Assembly (NCBI GenBank): GCA_036511595.1
Contig: DATCBY010000072.1
Location: forward strand, 8,877-72,876
Direction: 5' to 3'
Origin: Bauldia sp.
GTDB taxonomy: Bacteria > Pseudomonadota > Alphaproteobacteria > Rhizobiales > Kaistiaceae
Length of the DNA stretch: 64,000 bases
Shown here: positions 18,116 through 29,080 of the stretch, in pieces
How positions within the stretch are numbered: the stretch's first letter is position 1
How the letters are laid out: every line of letters begins with the position of its first letter
Notes under the pieces: model-generated
The model's input: the letters and a program-made list of their open reading frames with translations, nothing else
Told to the model about the DNA's origin: nothing
Database searches by the model: none
Made by a program: the position numbers and the translations under genes

Positions 18116-18719
18116 CGACGGCAATTTCGATGTCGGTGAACCCCGCCTCGATTAGCGCAGCCTTGACCGGATCGATCTGGTTCATCGAGAACGGCACGCT
18201 GTAGAATTGCGGCGGATCGACCGGGAAGAAGCGCACGATCACTTCGTTCGTGATGCGCGCGAACGGGTTATAGCGGTGCGCGTCCCAGACGCTGAAGAGA
18301 TAGCGGCCGCCTGAACTCAGTACCCGTCGCACCTCGCGATAGGACTTGTCCTTGTCGGGGTAGAACATCACGCCGAACTGGCAGACGACCGTATCGAAGG
18401 CGCCGTCGCCAAACGGCAACGCCGTCGCGTCCGCCGGCTGGAAAGCGACCTTTTCACCTGGCTTGAATTTCTTGCGGGCGATCTCAAGCATCGCTCCGTT
18501 GAGGTCGGTCGCCGTCAGGGCGGTATCGGCCGGCAGCGCATCACGCAGCGCACGGGTGACGATGCCGGTGCCAGCCGCCGTCTCCAGCACGCGCGACGGA
18601 TTGCCGGCTGCCGCCCGTGTTGCCATGTCGGCGGCATAGTCGACGAAGATCAGCGGCCCCAGCCCCCGGTCGTAGTGCTCGGGGATGCTGCCGACAAATG
18701 CCGCCGCGTTGTCGTCCAT
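17904..18719 (-). CDS. Class I SAM-dependent methyltransferase
   Basis: Motif I VLETAAGTGIVT, then FDTVVCQFGVMFYPDKDKSYREVRRVLSSGGRYLFSVW. The start is at MDDNAAAF (ATG 18717-18719). Confidence 0.85.
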   Translation of the reverse strand: MDDNAAAFVGSIPEHYDRGLGPLIFVDYAADMATRAAAGNPSRVLETAAGTGIVTRALRDALPADTALTATDLNGAMLEIARKKFKPGEKVAFQPADATALPFGDGAFDTVVCQFGVMFYPDKDKSYREVRRVLSSGGRYLFSVWDAHRYNPFARITNEVIVRFFPVDPPQFYSVPFSMNQIDPVKAALIEAGFTDIEIAVVKLDKTIPDAAAFARGLIYGNPVVEQIRARGGIDPEAVFEATVDALHREFGADPGSMPLQTILFSARKVA

Positions 18720-18763
18720 GACGCGCCTTTGGTCCAGCAGGGATCGGCGGGTGCGACCCCGCC

Positions 18764-19534
18764 CTAGCCCTTGATCTTGTCCGCCGCCGTCGGCCTGGCC
18801 TTGATGGGCAGCGTGTCTTGCTGCTGCTCCATGATGTCGGCGAGCGGCGTCGTGCCGGCAGTGCCCAGCACGATCACCTTCGTGCGGAGCGGAACGCGGT
18901 CGTAAAGGTCGATCACGTCCTGATCGAGCATGCGCACGCAGCCGCTCGATGCCGCCTTGCCGATGCTGAGCGGATCGTTGGTGCCGTGGATGCGGTAGAG
19001 CGTATCGACGTTGCCCGACCACAGGTACATGGCGCGGGCGCCGAGCGGATTGCGCGGCCCGCCGTCCTCGCCCTTGGCGAACTGCTTCAGCTTCGGATCA
19101 CGGTCAACCATGTCGGAAGGCGGGAACCACTTCGGCCAGTGTTGCTTGTCGCCGACCTGCGCCTCGCCCGACCAGGCGAAACCTTCCTTGCCGACACCGA
19201 TGCCGTAGCGCATCGCCTTGCCGCCATCGAGGATGAGGTAGAGGAACCGATCGGCCGGATCGACAACGACGGTTCCCGGATCGCCGGGGATGGACGCGGG
19301 GGTATCGACCACCTGCCGCAGGAACTGCGGCGGAATCTGTTTGATCGGCGCTGCCGCTACGTTGAAGCCGTCGTCGGTCACCGCGCCATAGAGAACCTTC
19401 GGCGGGTCGAGCACCGGCAGCGGCGTCGGGTTGATCGTGTCGGCGCAGCCGGCGAGTGCCAGCAAGGCGGCGCCCACAAGCGTCGCCTTCAGGACGGGCC
19501 CCCGTCCAAATGCTCCGCGCTTGAACCAGGCCAT
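18764..19534 (-). CDS. L,D-transpeptidase (YkuD domain) lipoprotein
   Basis: Lipobox LLALAGC after MAWFKRGAFGRGPVLKATLVGAA. YkuD catalytic block RIHGTNDPLSIGKAASSGCVRM. Confidence 0.88.
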   Translation of the reverse strand: MAWFKRGAFGRGPVLKATLVGAALLALAGCADTINPTPLPVLDPPKVLYGAVTDDGFNVAAAPIKQIPPQFLRQVVDTPASIPGDPGTVVVDPADRFLYLILDGGKAMRYGIGVGKEGFAWSGEAQVGDKQHWPKWFPPSDMVDRDPKLKQFAKGEDGGPRNPLGARAMYLWSGNVDTLYRIHGTNDPLSIGKAASSGCVRMLDQDVIDLYDRVPLRTKVIVLGTAGTTPLADIMEQQQDTLPIKARPTAADKIKG

Positions 19535-19619
19535 GTCGCGACTCCAAAGGGCATGAATCCCGCGATTTGTGGCAGAGGTTGCGGCGCAGCGAAAGGGGGT
19601 GGGGCCAGGCCGGTATCTT

Positions 19620-20684
19620 TTACTGACCATAGTAGTAATTGGGTCCCACTATCCGCACCTTCCGCGGCTCATCGCTGGCCGCAGCCGCAGGACCCGCCTT
19701 GGTTACGGGCGTCGGAACGAGCCCCCCGGCCCGGTCCTCCAGGGTCGCCGGGTCCTCGCCCGCTGCCACTGGTCGAATATTGGGCAATGGCACCGGGCCG
19801 CCCTGGTTGCCGGGTGCGATCGGCGCCCCGGTGATCGGGCTGAGGCTGCCGTCGGCCTGAAACTCTGTGAACGCGGGCGAACCCGCAGCGGCGTGGCAGG
19901 TGCAGCTTTTGTCGAATTGGGTGCGGAAACGGAAGGCGTTGGGAAGCGCCGTGTAGGGTTGGCCGTCGAGCGACACCATCTGGCTGACGTCCTCGCCGGG
20001 GTTCTTGTGGGTGTAGAGCACGGCCTCCGCCCCTGGGCACGCCGCCTGGCAAGTGGCGGCGTCGGCGCTGAACTGGCCGGGTACCGTCGAGAAGCTGATC
20101 GGAAAATAGAAGCCGTCGCAGGTACGCACGCACAGCGTCCGGTATGTGCCGAAACCGGCGTCGTTTGGCGCATAGTCGTCGGGCGGGCGGAACATGGAGC
20201 GATCCCCGAAGAGGCTCGCGAAGAAACCGCCGCCGTTGTCCTGGACCGCCGCGTCGCCGCCCGGGTAAGCGGAGCCGCAACGGTTGTCGGCGAGCGCCCG
20301 CATCAGGTCGCTGTGCTGGTTGGCGAGCGTGTACGGGTCGCCGCCCATCTGCGCCCGCTCCGACATCAGGCGCTGCTCGTTGGCCTGCATCTGGCCGATA
20401 GTCGCCAGCAACCTGCCGCATTTCGGATCGGGCGTCGGCTTGAAGAACAGGAAGCCGCCAAGGCACCCGGCCCGCCGCGCCTCCGCCATCGCCCGATCGA
20501 TCTGGTCTCCCTGCTGGCCAATCGGCGCGTCATACTGGCGCGGGTCGCCGCCGCCGGCGCTGCCGCGATCGATCTGGGCGAGCTGCGCTTCAAGATCGAC
20601 GCAGATATTTTGCTGCGCCTGCGTCGCGCCCGACACCAGCACTGCGAGCAGCGTGACGCACGCGCCGAAATATGCCGTCCGCAT
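19620..20684 (-). CDS. DUF2865 domain-containing secreted protein
   Basis: Signal peptide MRTAYFGACVTLLAVLVSGATQA. Conserved Cys-rich block YRTLCVRTCDGFYFPISFSTVPGQFSADAATCQAACPGAEAVLYTH. Confidence 0.75.
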   Translation of the reverse strand: MRTAYFGACVTLLAVLVSGATQAQQNICVDLEAQLAQIDRGSAGGGDPRQYDAPIGQQGDQIDRAMAEARRAGCLGGFLFFKPTPDPKCGRLLATIGQMQANEQRLMSERAQMGGDPYTLANQHSDLMRALADNRCGSAYPGGDAAVQDNGGGFFASLFGDRSMFRPPDDYAPNDAGFGTYRTLCVRTCDGFYFPISFSTVPGQFSADAATCQAACPGAEAVLYTHKNPGEDVSQMVSLDGQPYTALPNAFRFRTQFDKSCTCHAAAGSPAFTEFQADGSLSPITGAPIAPGNQGGPVPLPNIRPVAAGEDPATLEDRAGGLVPTPVTKAGPAAAASDEPRKVRIVGPNYYYGQ

Positions 20685-20778
20685 GCCATGTTCCAGCGGC
20701 GTAGAACGCATCTCCGCCGCGTGCCGCGCCCGTGTGTAACCCCCGCGCATCGAATTATGCGGGCTCGCGTGACTCGCG

Positions 20779-21588
20779 TCAAACAGCGGCGGCACGGCGC
20801 GATACGGCGATCGCCACGAAGTATACCAGCGCCGACAGGGCGGTGATGCAGAAGCTCGTCGGCCAGTCGGTATAGAACGCGATCGTTATGCCGATCCACG
20901 CCTCCGCCACCGCAAGTACCACCGCAAGTACGAGGCCGCTGCGCAGGCCCGTCGTCAGCCGCTCGGCCGCCGCCGCCGGCCCGACCATCAGCGTGAACAC
21001 GAGCAGTATCCCGACGATCTGCACGGACGCCGATACGGTAAGTGCGACGATCGCCATGAACAGTACGCCGACGGTACGCAGCGATACGCCCTTGGCCTCG
21101 GCAAGCTCCGGCTGCAGCGAAGAGAACAGCAGTGGACGGCTGATGATGGCGAGCGCCACGAGCGTCACGACGCCCAGTATGACCAGCGTACGCAGTGTAC
21201 CGGCGTCGACGGCCAGCACATTGCCGAACAGGAGCGCCGTCGCCTGCGTCGCGAACGATGTGTAGAAATGCAGGAACAGGAGGCCAAACCCCAGCGATAC
21301 GGCGAGGACAACGCCTATCGCCACGTCTCTCCCGCTCAGCCTATCTCCGAGCAGACCCATGCCGACGCCGGCTGCCACGGTCAGCACGATCATCCCCCAT
21401 AGCGGCGATATACCGATCAGTCCCGCCGCCGTAGCGCCCGCGAATCCGACGTGCGACAGCGCATGTCCCGCAAATGTCTGGCCGCGGCCGACCAGAAAAA
21501 CGCCAACGATTCCAGCCACTACCGCGACGACCCCGCTCGCCGCGAAGGCGGTACGCATGAAATCGTAGTCAAGCATGTTCATGGCCAT
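20779..21588 (-). CDS. znuB: Metal (zinc-type) ABC transporter permease, ABC-3 family
   Basis: 269 aa with about 8 TM segments. It is third in an SBP-ATPase-permease operon behind a Zur-box-like palindrome. The start could instead be the internal MNMLDYDF (21582). Confidence 0.85.
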   Translation of the reverse strand: MAMNMLDYDFMRTAFAASGVVAVVAGIVGVFLVGRGQTFAGHALSHVGFAGATAAGLIGISPLWGMIVLTVAAGVGMGLLGDRLSGRDVAIGVVLAVSLGFGLLFLHFYTSFATQATALLFGNVLAVDAGTLRTLVILGVVTLVALAIISRPLLFSSLQPELAEAKGVSLRTVGVLFMAIVALTVSASVQIVGILLVFTLMVGPAAAAERLTTGLRSGLVLAVVLAVAEAWIGITIAFYTDWPTSFCITALSALVYFVAIAVSRRAAAV

Positions 21589-22378
21589 GCCCGTGCATGT
21601 GCGCGTCCATGCCGACCGCGCCTCCCTCAGACAATACGAAGATGTGACGGCCCGTACGGATGACCTCTATGGACGTGCCATAGAGCCGGGACAGGACCGG
21701 TACGGTAATAACCTCGTCCGTAGTCCCGAGCGCCGCCTGCCCGTTGCCGAGGTAGAGCACACGGTCGATCGAACCGAGCAGCTGGTTCAATTCATGCGCA
21801 CTGAACAGGATCGTCATCTTCATCTCGCGGCACAACCGCGCCGCCAGCTCGATGACCACGTGCTGGTGCCGCGCGTCGAGGCTGATGAGCGGCTCATCGA
21901 GCAGCAATATGCGCGGCTTGCCGAGCAATGCCTGCGCGAACAACAGACGCTGGCGCTCGCCCCCCGACATTTCCGAGATCGGCCGCCGCGCAAGCTCCTC
22001 GGCGCCGACAATGGCAAGGCAAGACTCGAGTTCACGCCGGTCGGCGGCGCTTCGCCACGGCAGACCGAAGCGCTGGCCGTTGATGGAACTCGCGATGAAC
22101 TCGTAACCGGTGAGACGTAGGTCAGGCGGGATCGTGCGCACCTGCGGCAGATAGCCGAGGGCCGGATTACCGCGAGCGGCTGGCTGTTCCAAGACGCGAA
22201 TGGCGCCTGACGTGGGCCGAACGAGGCCAAGGATCGCCCGCATCAGCGTCGTCTTGCCGGCGCCGTTCGGCCCGAGAACGCCGATAAATTCTCCTTCGCC
22301 GATGGTGAGCGAAATATCCGCAAGGATCGTCTTGCCGCCGAGAGCGAGCGTGACGCGGTCGACGGCGATTGCGCTCAC
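21569..22378 (-). CDS. znuC: Metal ABC transporter ATP-binding protein with His-rich C-terminal tail
   Basis: Walker A GPNGAGKTT, signature MSGGERQRLLFAQAL and Walker B ILLLDEP, with tail MDAHMHGHGHEHA. The proposed start is GTG (22376-78), overlapping the znuA stop as GTGA. The track ATG at 22432 would overlap znuA by 58 nt. Confidence 0.85.
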   Translation of the reverse strand: MSAIAVDRVTLALGGKTILADISLTIGEGEFIGVLGPNGAGKTTLMRAILGLVRPTSGAIRVLEQPAARGNPALGYLPQVRTIPPDLRLTGYEFIASSINGQRFGLPWRSAADRRELESCLAIVGAEELARRPISEMSGGERQRLLFAQALLGKPRILLLDEPLISLDARHQHVVIELAARLCREMKMTILFSAHELNQLLGSIDRVLYLGNGQAALGTTDEVITVPVLSRLYGTSIEVIRTGRHIFVLSEGGAVGMDAHMHGHGHEHA

Positions 22379-23244
22379 GAAGACGAGCCCGCAAGGGCCT
22401 TCTCGGTGGCGTCGAGCTGGGTCAGCATCCACGCCGTAAAACTCTTGACGGCGGGTTGGGTTTCGCTGACCCCGACTACCGGGACATTCGCCGCATTGGC
22501 GATCTTGAGCAGTCGCTCGGTGAGCGGATCCGTGACCTGATTGTTGTAGAAGAATACCTTGACCTTGCGGCCTTTAAGATCGGCTTCCATCGCTGCAGTA
22601 TCGCGGGCGCTGGGTTCGGTGTCGTTCATGACGGCGAGCTGGAAGCGCTCGTTGCGCATCTTGAGGCCGAGCGCGGCCGCCATATAACCGAATACCGGCT
22701 CGGTCGCCGTCACCTCGACGCCACCGAACCGCGTGCGGATAACGGCGACCTTGTCGGCAATTTGCTGAAGGGACGCATCGAGCCGCTTGAGATTGTTGTC
22801 GTACTCGACCGTGTTGGCTGGATCGATCGCATCGAGAGATATGGCAAGTGCACTCGCGACCGCCGGCATGGTGGCCGGATCGTACCAGAGATGCGGATTG
22901 TCGCCGGCTCTCTTGCCAACGAGGTCCGCCGCGACGATCGTCGCACGGTCGGCTTCGGAATTCGCCGAAAGCAGCTTCGCCACCCAAGGGTCGTAGTCGG
23001 CGCCGTTGAGGACCACGATTCTTGCCGCGGCAAGATCCCGCGCGATCGATGGGCTTGCCTCGAAGAGGTGCGGATCCTCATCGGGATTGTTGAGAATGGA
23101 ACTCACGCTGACGTGCGCGCCGCCAACCGCAGCCGCGATATCCCCATAGAAGTTTTCTGCCGCCACGATACGGATCGGATCGGCTGCCCAAGCCGGACGC
23201 GCGGCGATGCAAGCGAAGGCAAGAGCGGCGACAAGGCGCTTCAT
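22375..23244 (-). CDS. znuA: Metal ABC transporter substrate-binding protein (ZnuA/TroA family)
   Basis: Signal peptide MKRLVAALAFACIAARPAWA. IRIVAAENFYGDIAAAVGG...NPDEDPHLFEASPS has the TroA-like metal-ligand His/Asp/Glu pattern. Confidence 0.85.
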   Translation of the reverse strand: MKRLVAALAFACIAARPAWAADPIRIVAAENFYGDIAAAVGGAHVSVSSILNNPDEDPHLFEASPSIARDLAAARIVVLNGADYDPWVAKLLSANSEADRATIVAADLVGKRAGDNPHLWYDPATMPAVASALAISLDAIDPANTVEYDNNLKRLDASLQQIADKVAVIRTRFGGVEVTATEPVFGYMAAALGLKMRNERFQLAVMNDTEPSARDTAAMEADLKGRKVKVFFYNNQVTDPLTERLLKIANAANVPVVGVSETQPAVKSFTAWMLTQLDATEKALAGSSS

Positions 23245-23277
23245 GTCCCGGCAAAACCTCCAAAATGGTGCGGGCTC

Positions 23278-23300
23278 GAAATGTTATAACATTACATTTC
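23278..23300. promoter_or_regulatory. Zur box candidate upstream of znuACB
   Basis: GAAATGTTATAACATTACATTTC contains a perfect 14-bp palindrome AATGTTATAACATT (23280-93), flanked by GAAATGT and ACATTTC. It matches 21 of 23 positions of the Zur consensus GAAATGTTATAWTATAACATTTC as I recall it. It lies 34-56 nt upstream of the znuA ATG (23244). Confidence 0.7.
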
Positions 23301-23359
23301 GAAGGTGAGCAACGCTCCGCGGTGTCGCCAAGTCAGCGCTGGGCGCGAGCCTGAAATGA

Positions 23360-23575
23360 CTAGAGTGGAAACTGCCCGCGCCCGGCCTCTTCCAGTGCGC
23401 GGCGGTCGCAGGCTGCCGTTGCAATGCCCGCATCATCGAGACCGATCAGGAAGGCATTGATGCGGCGCCGTGGCGGAACTTCGCGAACGGCGATGAGGCG
23501 CGCAACGGCGCGGCGAGTGATACTGCGCGAAGGAATGGCTCGGCACCCGACGTCGCTGAGGATTGAGGTGGCCAT
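23360..23575 (-). CDS. Hypothetical ORF (71 aa), doubtful
   Basis: It is the only ORF with roughly host-like third-position GC (about 70% by hand) in the 525-bp znuA-pepP spacer. No recognisable motif and no clear RBS. Confidence 0.25.
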   Translation of the reverse strand: MATSILSDVGCRAIPSRSITRRAVARLIAVREVPPRRRINAFLIGLDDAGIATAACDRRALEEAGRGQFPL

Positions 23576-23771
23576 GACAAGTGCTCCGCTCGACTCGTGC
23601 TCCTCCGCTCCCTACCTACCCCGCACGGACTCGGTAGAGTACCGGCCTGAAAGACATGCCAGCCCTCTGGATATTGCATCGCGTCATAAAATTGTTGCAG
23701 TGCCACATTATCGCCGCGATCCTTAACGCGATGGCGTTGTTCGCACCGCTCCTCCCCTTTAGAACCGGACC

Positions 23772-25589
23772 ATGAACGGACCATCGGCCGACTCGTCTTC
23801 CGCCCGCCTGCTCCGGCTGCGCGAGGCGCTGGTCGCAATGGAGTTGAGTGGCTTCATCGTTCCCCACGCAGACGAGCATCAGAGCGAATATCTTCCCACT
23901 TCCGCCGAGAGGCTGGCGTGGCTGACCGGCTTCAACGGCTCGGCCGGAACCGCCATCGTGCTCGGCGACAAGGCGGCCCTCTTTGTCGACGGGCGCTACA
24001 CCACCCAAGCGGCGCAGCAGGTCGACGACAAGAACTTCGAAGTCCAGCACCTTGTCGAGAATCCGCCATCGAAGTGGTTGGCGACAAACCTGCGCCGTGG
24101 CGATCGGCTGGGCTACGATCCCTGGTTGATGACCATTGCTGAAGTGCGCCGCCTGGCCGAGACCTGCCGTTCGGCCGGTGCAGACTTCGTCGCGGTCGCT
24201 CAAAATCCGATCGATGCCCTGTGGGCCGACCGGCCAGCACCGCCTCTGGCGCAGGTCTGGTTGCAACCGGTTGCCTTCGCGGGCGAAGAAGCATCGACGA
24301 AGATCGCGCGGCTGCAGGCGGGGCTCGTTGAAAAACAGATCGATGCGGCGGTCCTGACCCAGGCGGATTCCATCGCCTGGCTGCTCAACATCCGTGGCGG
24401 CGACGTCGCGCATAACCCGGTACCGCTTTCGTTCGCGTTGCTGCCCGCAACAGGCAAGCCGCAAATTTTCGTCGACGCCCGCAAGCTCTCCAACAGCGTG
24501 CGGGCGGCCCTTTCCGAAATCGCCGAACCGCGTGAACCCGACGAGCTCTTGATGGCGCTTCGCGATCTCGGCAAGCGGCAGGCGAAAGTACTAGTCGATG
24601 CGAGCAGCGCCAGCGAAGCGATCGCCGGCGCCTTGCGCGTGGCAGGGGGAACGTTGATCGAGGGCAGCGACCCGGTTGTCCTGCCGCGAGCCCGCAAGAA
24701 CGCCGCCGAGATCGCCGGCTCGCGTCGCGCGCACATCCGCGACGGAGCAGCAATGGTGCGCTTTCTTGCATGGCTCGACCGCGAAGCCGCGAGCGGGAAA
24801 TACGACGAGATCGCCGTGGCCGAGAAGCTACGCGCCTTCCGCGCCGAGACGGCTCGACAGGACGGATCGGAACTTGTCGATCTCTCCTTCGACACGATCT
24901 CGGGTGCCGGGCCGGACGGCGCCATCATCCACTACCGGGTAACACCGGAAACCACGCGCAAGCTGGCACCCGGCGAACTCTACCTCGTCGATTCGGGCGC
25001 CCAGTACCGCGACGGCACCACGGATATCACGCGCACCATTGCGATCGGCACGCCGACGGCGGAAATGCGCGACCACTTCACCCGCGTCCTCAAGGGGCAT
25101 ATTGCCATCGCCACCGCCCGCTTCCCGGTCGGCGCCAGCGGAGCGCAACTCGACACGCTCGCGCGCGCGGCGCTGTGGCAGGCGGGCCTCGACTTCGACC
25201 ACGGCACCGGCCACGGCGTCGGCTCGTTCCTCTCCGTGCATGAAGGCCCGGCGCGCATCTCCAAGCTCGGCACCGTGCCGCTCGAACCGGGCATGATCCT
25301 CTCCAACGAACCCGGCTACTATAAGGTCGGCGCCTACGGCATTCGCATCGAAAACCTGGTGCTGGTATCGCCACCGGAGGCAATTCCGGGCGGCGACCGG
25401 CCGATGCTGTCGTTCGAGACATTTTCACTGGCACCTATCGACCGGCGGCTGATCCAGCCGGCCCTCCTCGATGCCGGCGAAATCGGCTGGCTCGACGCCT
25501 ACCACGCGCGGCTGCAGCCGGAGCTTGGGCGGCTACTGGATGCGGATGAAAATGCATGGCTGGCGTGGGCGAGCGAGCCGATCAGGTAG
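23772..25589 (+). CDS. pepP: Aminopeptidase P family protein (three-domain Xaa-Pro aminopeptidase, M24B)
   Basis: 605 aa. FIVPHADEHQSEYLPTSAERLAWLTGFNGSAGTAIV, DSGAQYRDGTTDITRT, HGTGHGVGSFLSVHE and SNEPGYY are M24B metal ligands. Confidence 0.9.
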   Translation: MNGPSADSSSARLLRLREALVAMELSGFIVPHADEHQSEYLPTSAERLAWLTGFNGSAGTAIVLGDKAALFVDGRYTTQAAQQVDDKNFEVQHLVENPPSKWLATNLRRGDRLGYDPWLMTIAEVRRLAETCRSAGADFVAVAQNPIDALWADRPAPPLAQVWLQPVAFAGEEASTKIARLQAGLVEKQIDAAVLTQADSIAWLLNIRGGDVAHNPVPLSFALLPATGKPQIFVDARKLSNSVRAALSEIAEPREPDELLMALRDLGKRQAKVLVDASSASEAIAGALRVAGGTLIEGSDPVVLPRARKNAAEIAGSRRAHIRDGAAMVRFLAWLDREAASGKYDEIAVAEKLRAFRAETARQDGSELVDLSFDTISGAGPDGAIIHYRVTPETTRKLAPGELYLVDSGAQYRDGTTDITRTIAIGTPTAEMRDHFTRVLKGHIAIATARFPVGASGAQLDTLARAALWQAGLDFDHGTGHGVGSFLSVHEGPARISKLGTVPLEPGMILSNEPGYYKVGAYGIRIENLVLVSPPEAIPGGDRPMLSFETFSLAPIDRRLIQPALLDAGEIGWLDAYHARLQPELGRLLDADENAWLAWASEPIR

Positions 25590-25592
25590 TTC

Positions 25593-27773
<2,181 letters not shown>

Positions 27774-27818
27774 TTACTGACGGCGGAGAATTCCAGACGG
27801 CCCTCGGCCGGGCAAGGC

Positions 27819-29066
27819 CTACTCGGCCGCCTCTGCGGCGGCACGGGCGGCAGCGGCGCGATCGGCTACCGCATGAACGGCCGGGCGCCAGGCAAGCAGC
27901 AGCGCCGAGACGAACATGAGGGCGCCAAAAAGAAAGGCAATGCCCGGCAGGTGGAAGGGCGCCGCGTCTGAGATGAAGTAGCCGAAGAGAGCCCCGCCGA
28001 TGGGTGGAGCTACAACGCCCGTCGCTGTCGAGACGCTGCTGATCGCGCCCTGCAGGATCCCCTGCTCGTTCGAGGGGACGGCGCTTGTGACGATCGACTG
28101 CGCGGCGGGGCCGGTCATTCCCCAACCGAGAATGTAAGGGACGGTGACGGCGTAAAGCATCCATCCTTGCGTGACGAAGGCCAGCATCGACATGCAGACC
28201 GTAGCCACCGCGAGGCCGAAGATGACGGTCGGCCATTCGCCAAAACGCGGCACTGCGTAGCGGACCAGAACGCCTTGCGTGAAGACGAAAAGGACGCCTA
28301 CCCAGGCGAACGAGAGACCAACCTGCGCCGCGCCCCAGCCGAACTGGTAGCTGGTGAAAAGAACCCAGGTGCTTTCCAGCAGCCGCTCGGCAAGTTGGGA
28401 AAGAACGAACACGATGAGGAGAGAGATCACGGTTCGGTAGCGGGCGATGACAAAGAAGGCACCGATCGGGTTCGCCTCCTTGAGGCGGAAAGGCCGGCGA
28501 TGGGCCCGGTCGAGCGATTCAGGCAGAAGAAACAAGGCGAAGATAAAGGCAACGAGGCTGACGCCGGCGGCAGCGTAGAAGGGCACACGCGGGCCGTATT
28601 CGCCAAGGAACCCGCCGACCACCGGACCAACGACGAATCCGACACCAAAGGCGACCCCGATAATGCCGAAGTTCTGCGCGCGACGCTCGGGAGGCGTGAC
28701 GTCGGCGACGTAAGCCGTGGCCGTCGAGATGGAAGCGCCCATGATGCCACCTACAATGCGTGCCAACGCCACCACCCAGAGGTTCGGCGCGACCGCTAGC
28801 AGCAGATAGTCGAGCCCGAGACCCAGCATCGAGCAGAGCAGGATCGGGCGCCGGCCGAAGCGGTCGGAGAGCGCGCCCACCGCCGGGCCAAAGACGAACT
28901 GCATGAGAGAATAGAGCGCGATCAACCAGCCGTAGATCACCGCGGCCGAGCTGATGTCGCCACCGTTCAGATCGCGCACCAGGCCCGGCATGACGGGCAG
29001 CATGATGCCGATGCCGAGCACGTCGATAAGCAGGGAGAAGAAAAGGACGGCCAGCTTGAGGTTCAT
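27819..29066 (-). CDS. MFS transporter, TCR/Tet (DHA1) family efflux pump
   Basis: 12-TM profile. The N-terminus [30 protein letters not shown] and [14 protein letters not shown] (MFS motif A) are typical of TetA-like pumps. Confidence 0.85.
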   Translation of the reverse strand: MNLKLAVLFFSLLIDVLGIGIMLPVMPGLVRDLNGGDISSAAVIYGWLIALYSLMQFVFGPAVGALSDRFGRRPILLCSMLGLGLDYLLLAVAPNLWVVALARIVGGIMGASISTATAYVADVTPPERRAQNFGIIGVAFGVGFVVGPVVGGFLGEYGPRVPFYAAAGVSLVAFIFALFLLPESLDRAHRRPFRLKEANPIGAFFVIARYRTVISLLIVFVLSQLAERLLESTWVLFTSYQFGWGAAQVGLSFAWVGVLFVFTQGVLVRYAVPRFGEWPTVIFGLAVATVCMSMLAFVTQGWMLYAVTVPYILGWGMTGPAAQSIVTSAVPSNEQGILQGAISSVSTATGVVAPPIGGALFGYFISDAAPFHLPGIAFLFGALMFVSALLLAWRPAVHAVADRAAAARAAAEAAE

Positions 29067-29080
29067 CGACCGCGAATTCC

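Noticed and set aside
19785-19812. TGGCAC motifs examined as sigma-54 promoters (also near 24964, 25433, 43324 and 60192)
   Set aside because: None is followed by TTGC at the required 5-nt spacing, and all but one are inside coding regions.
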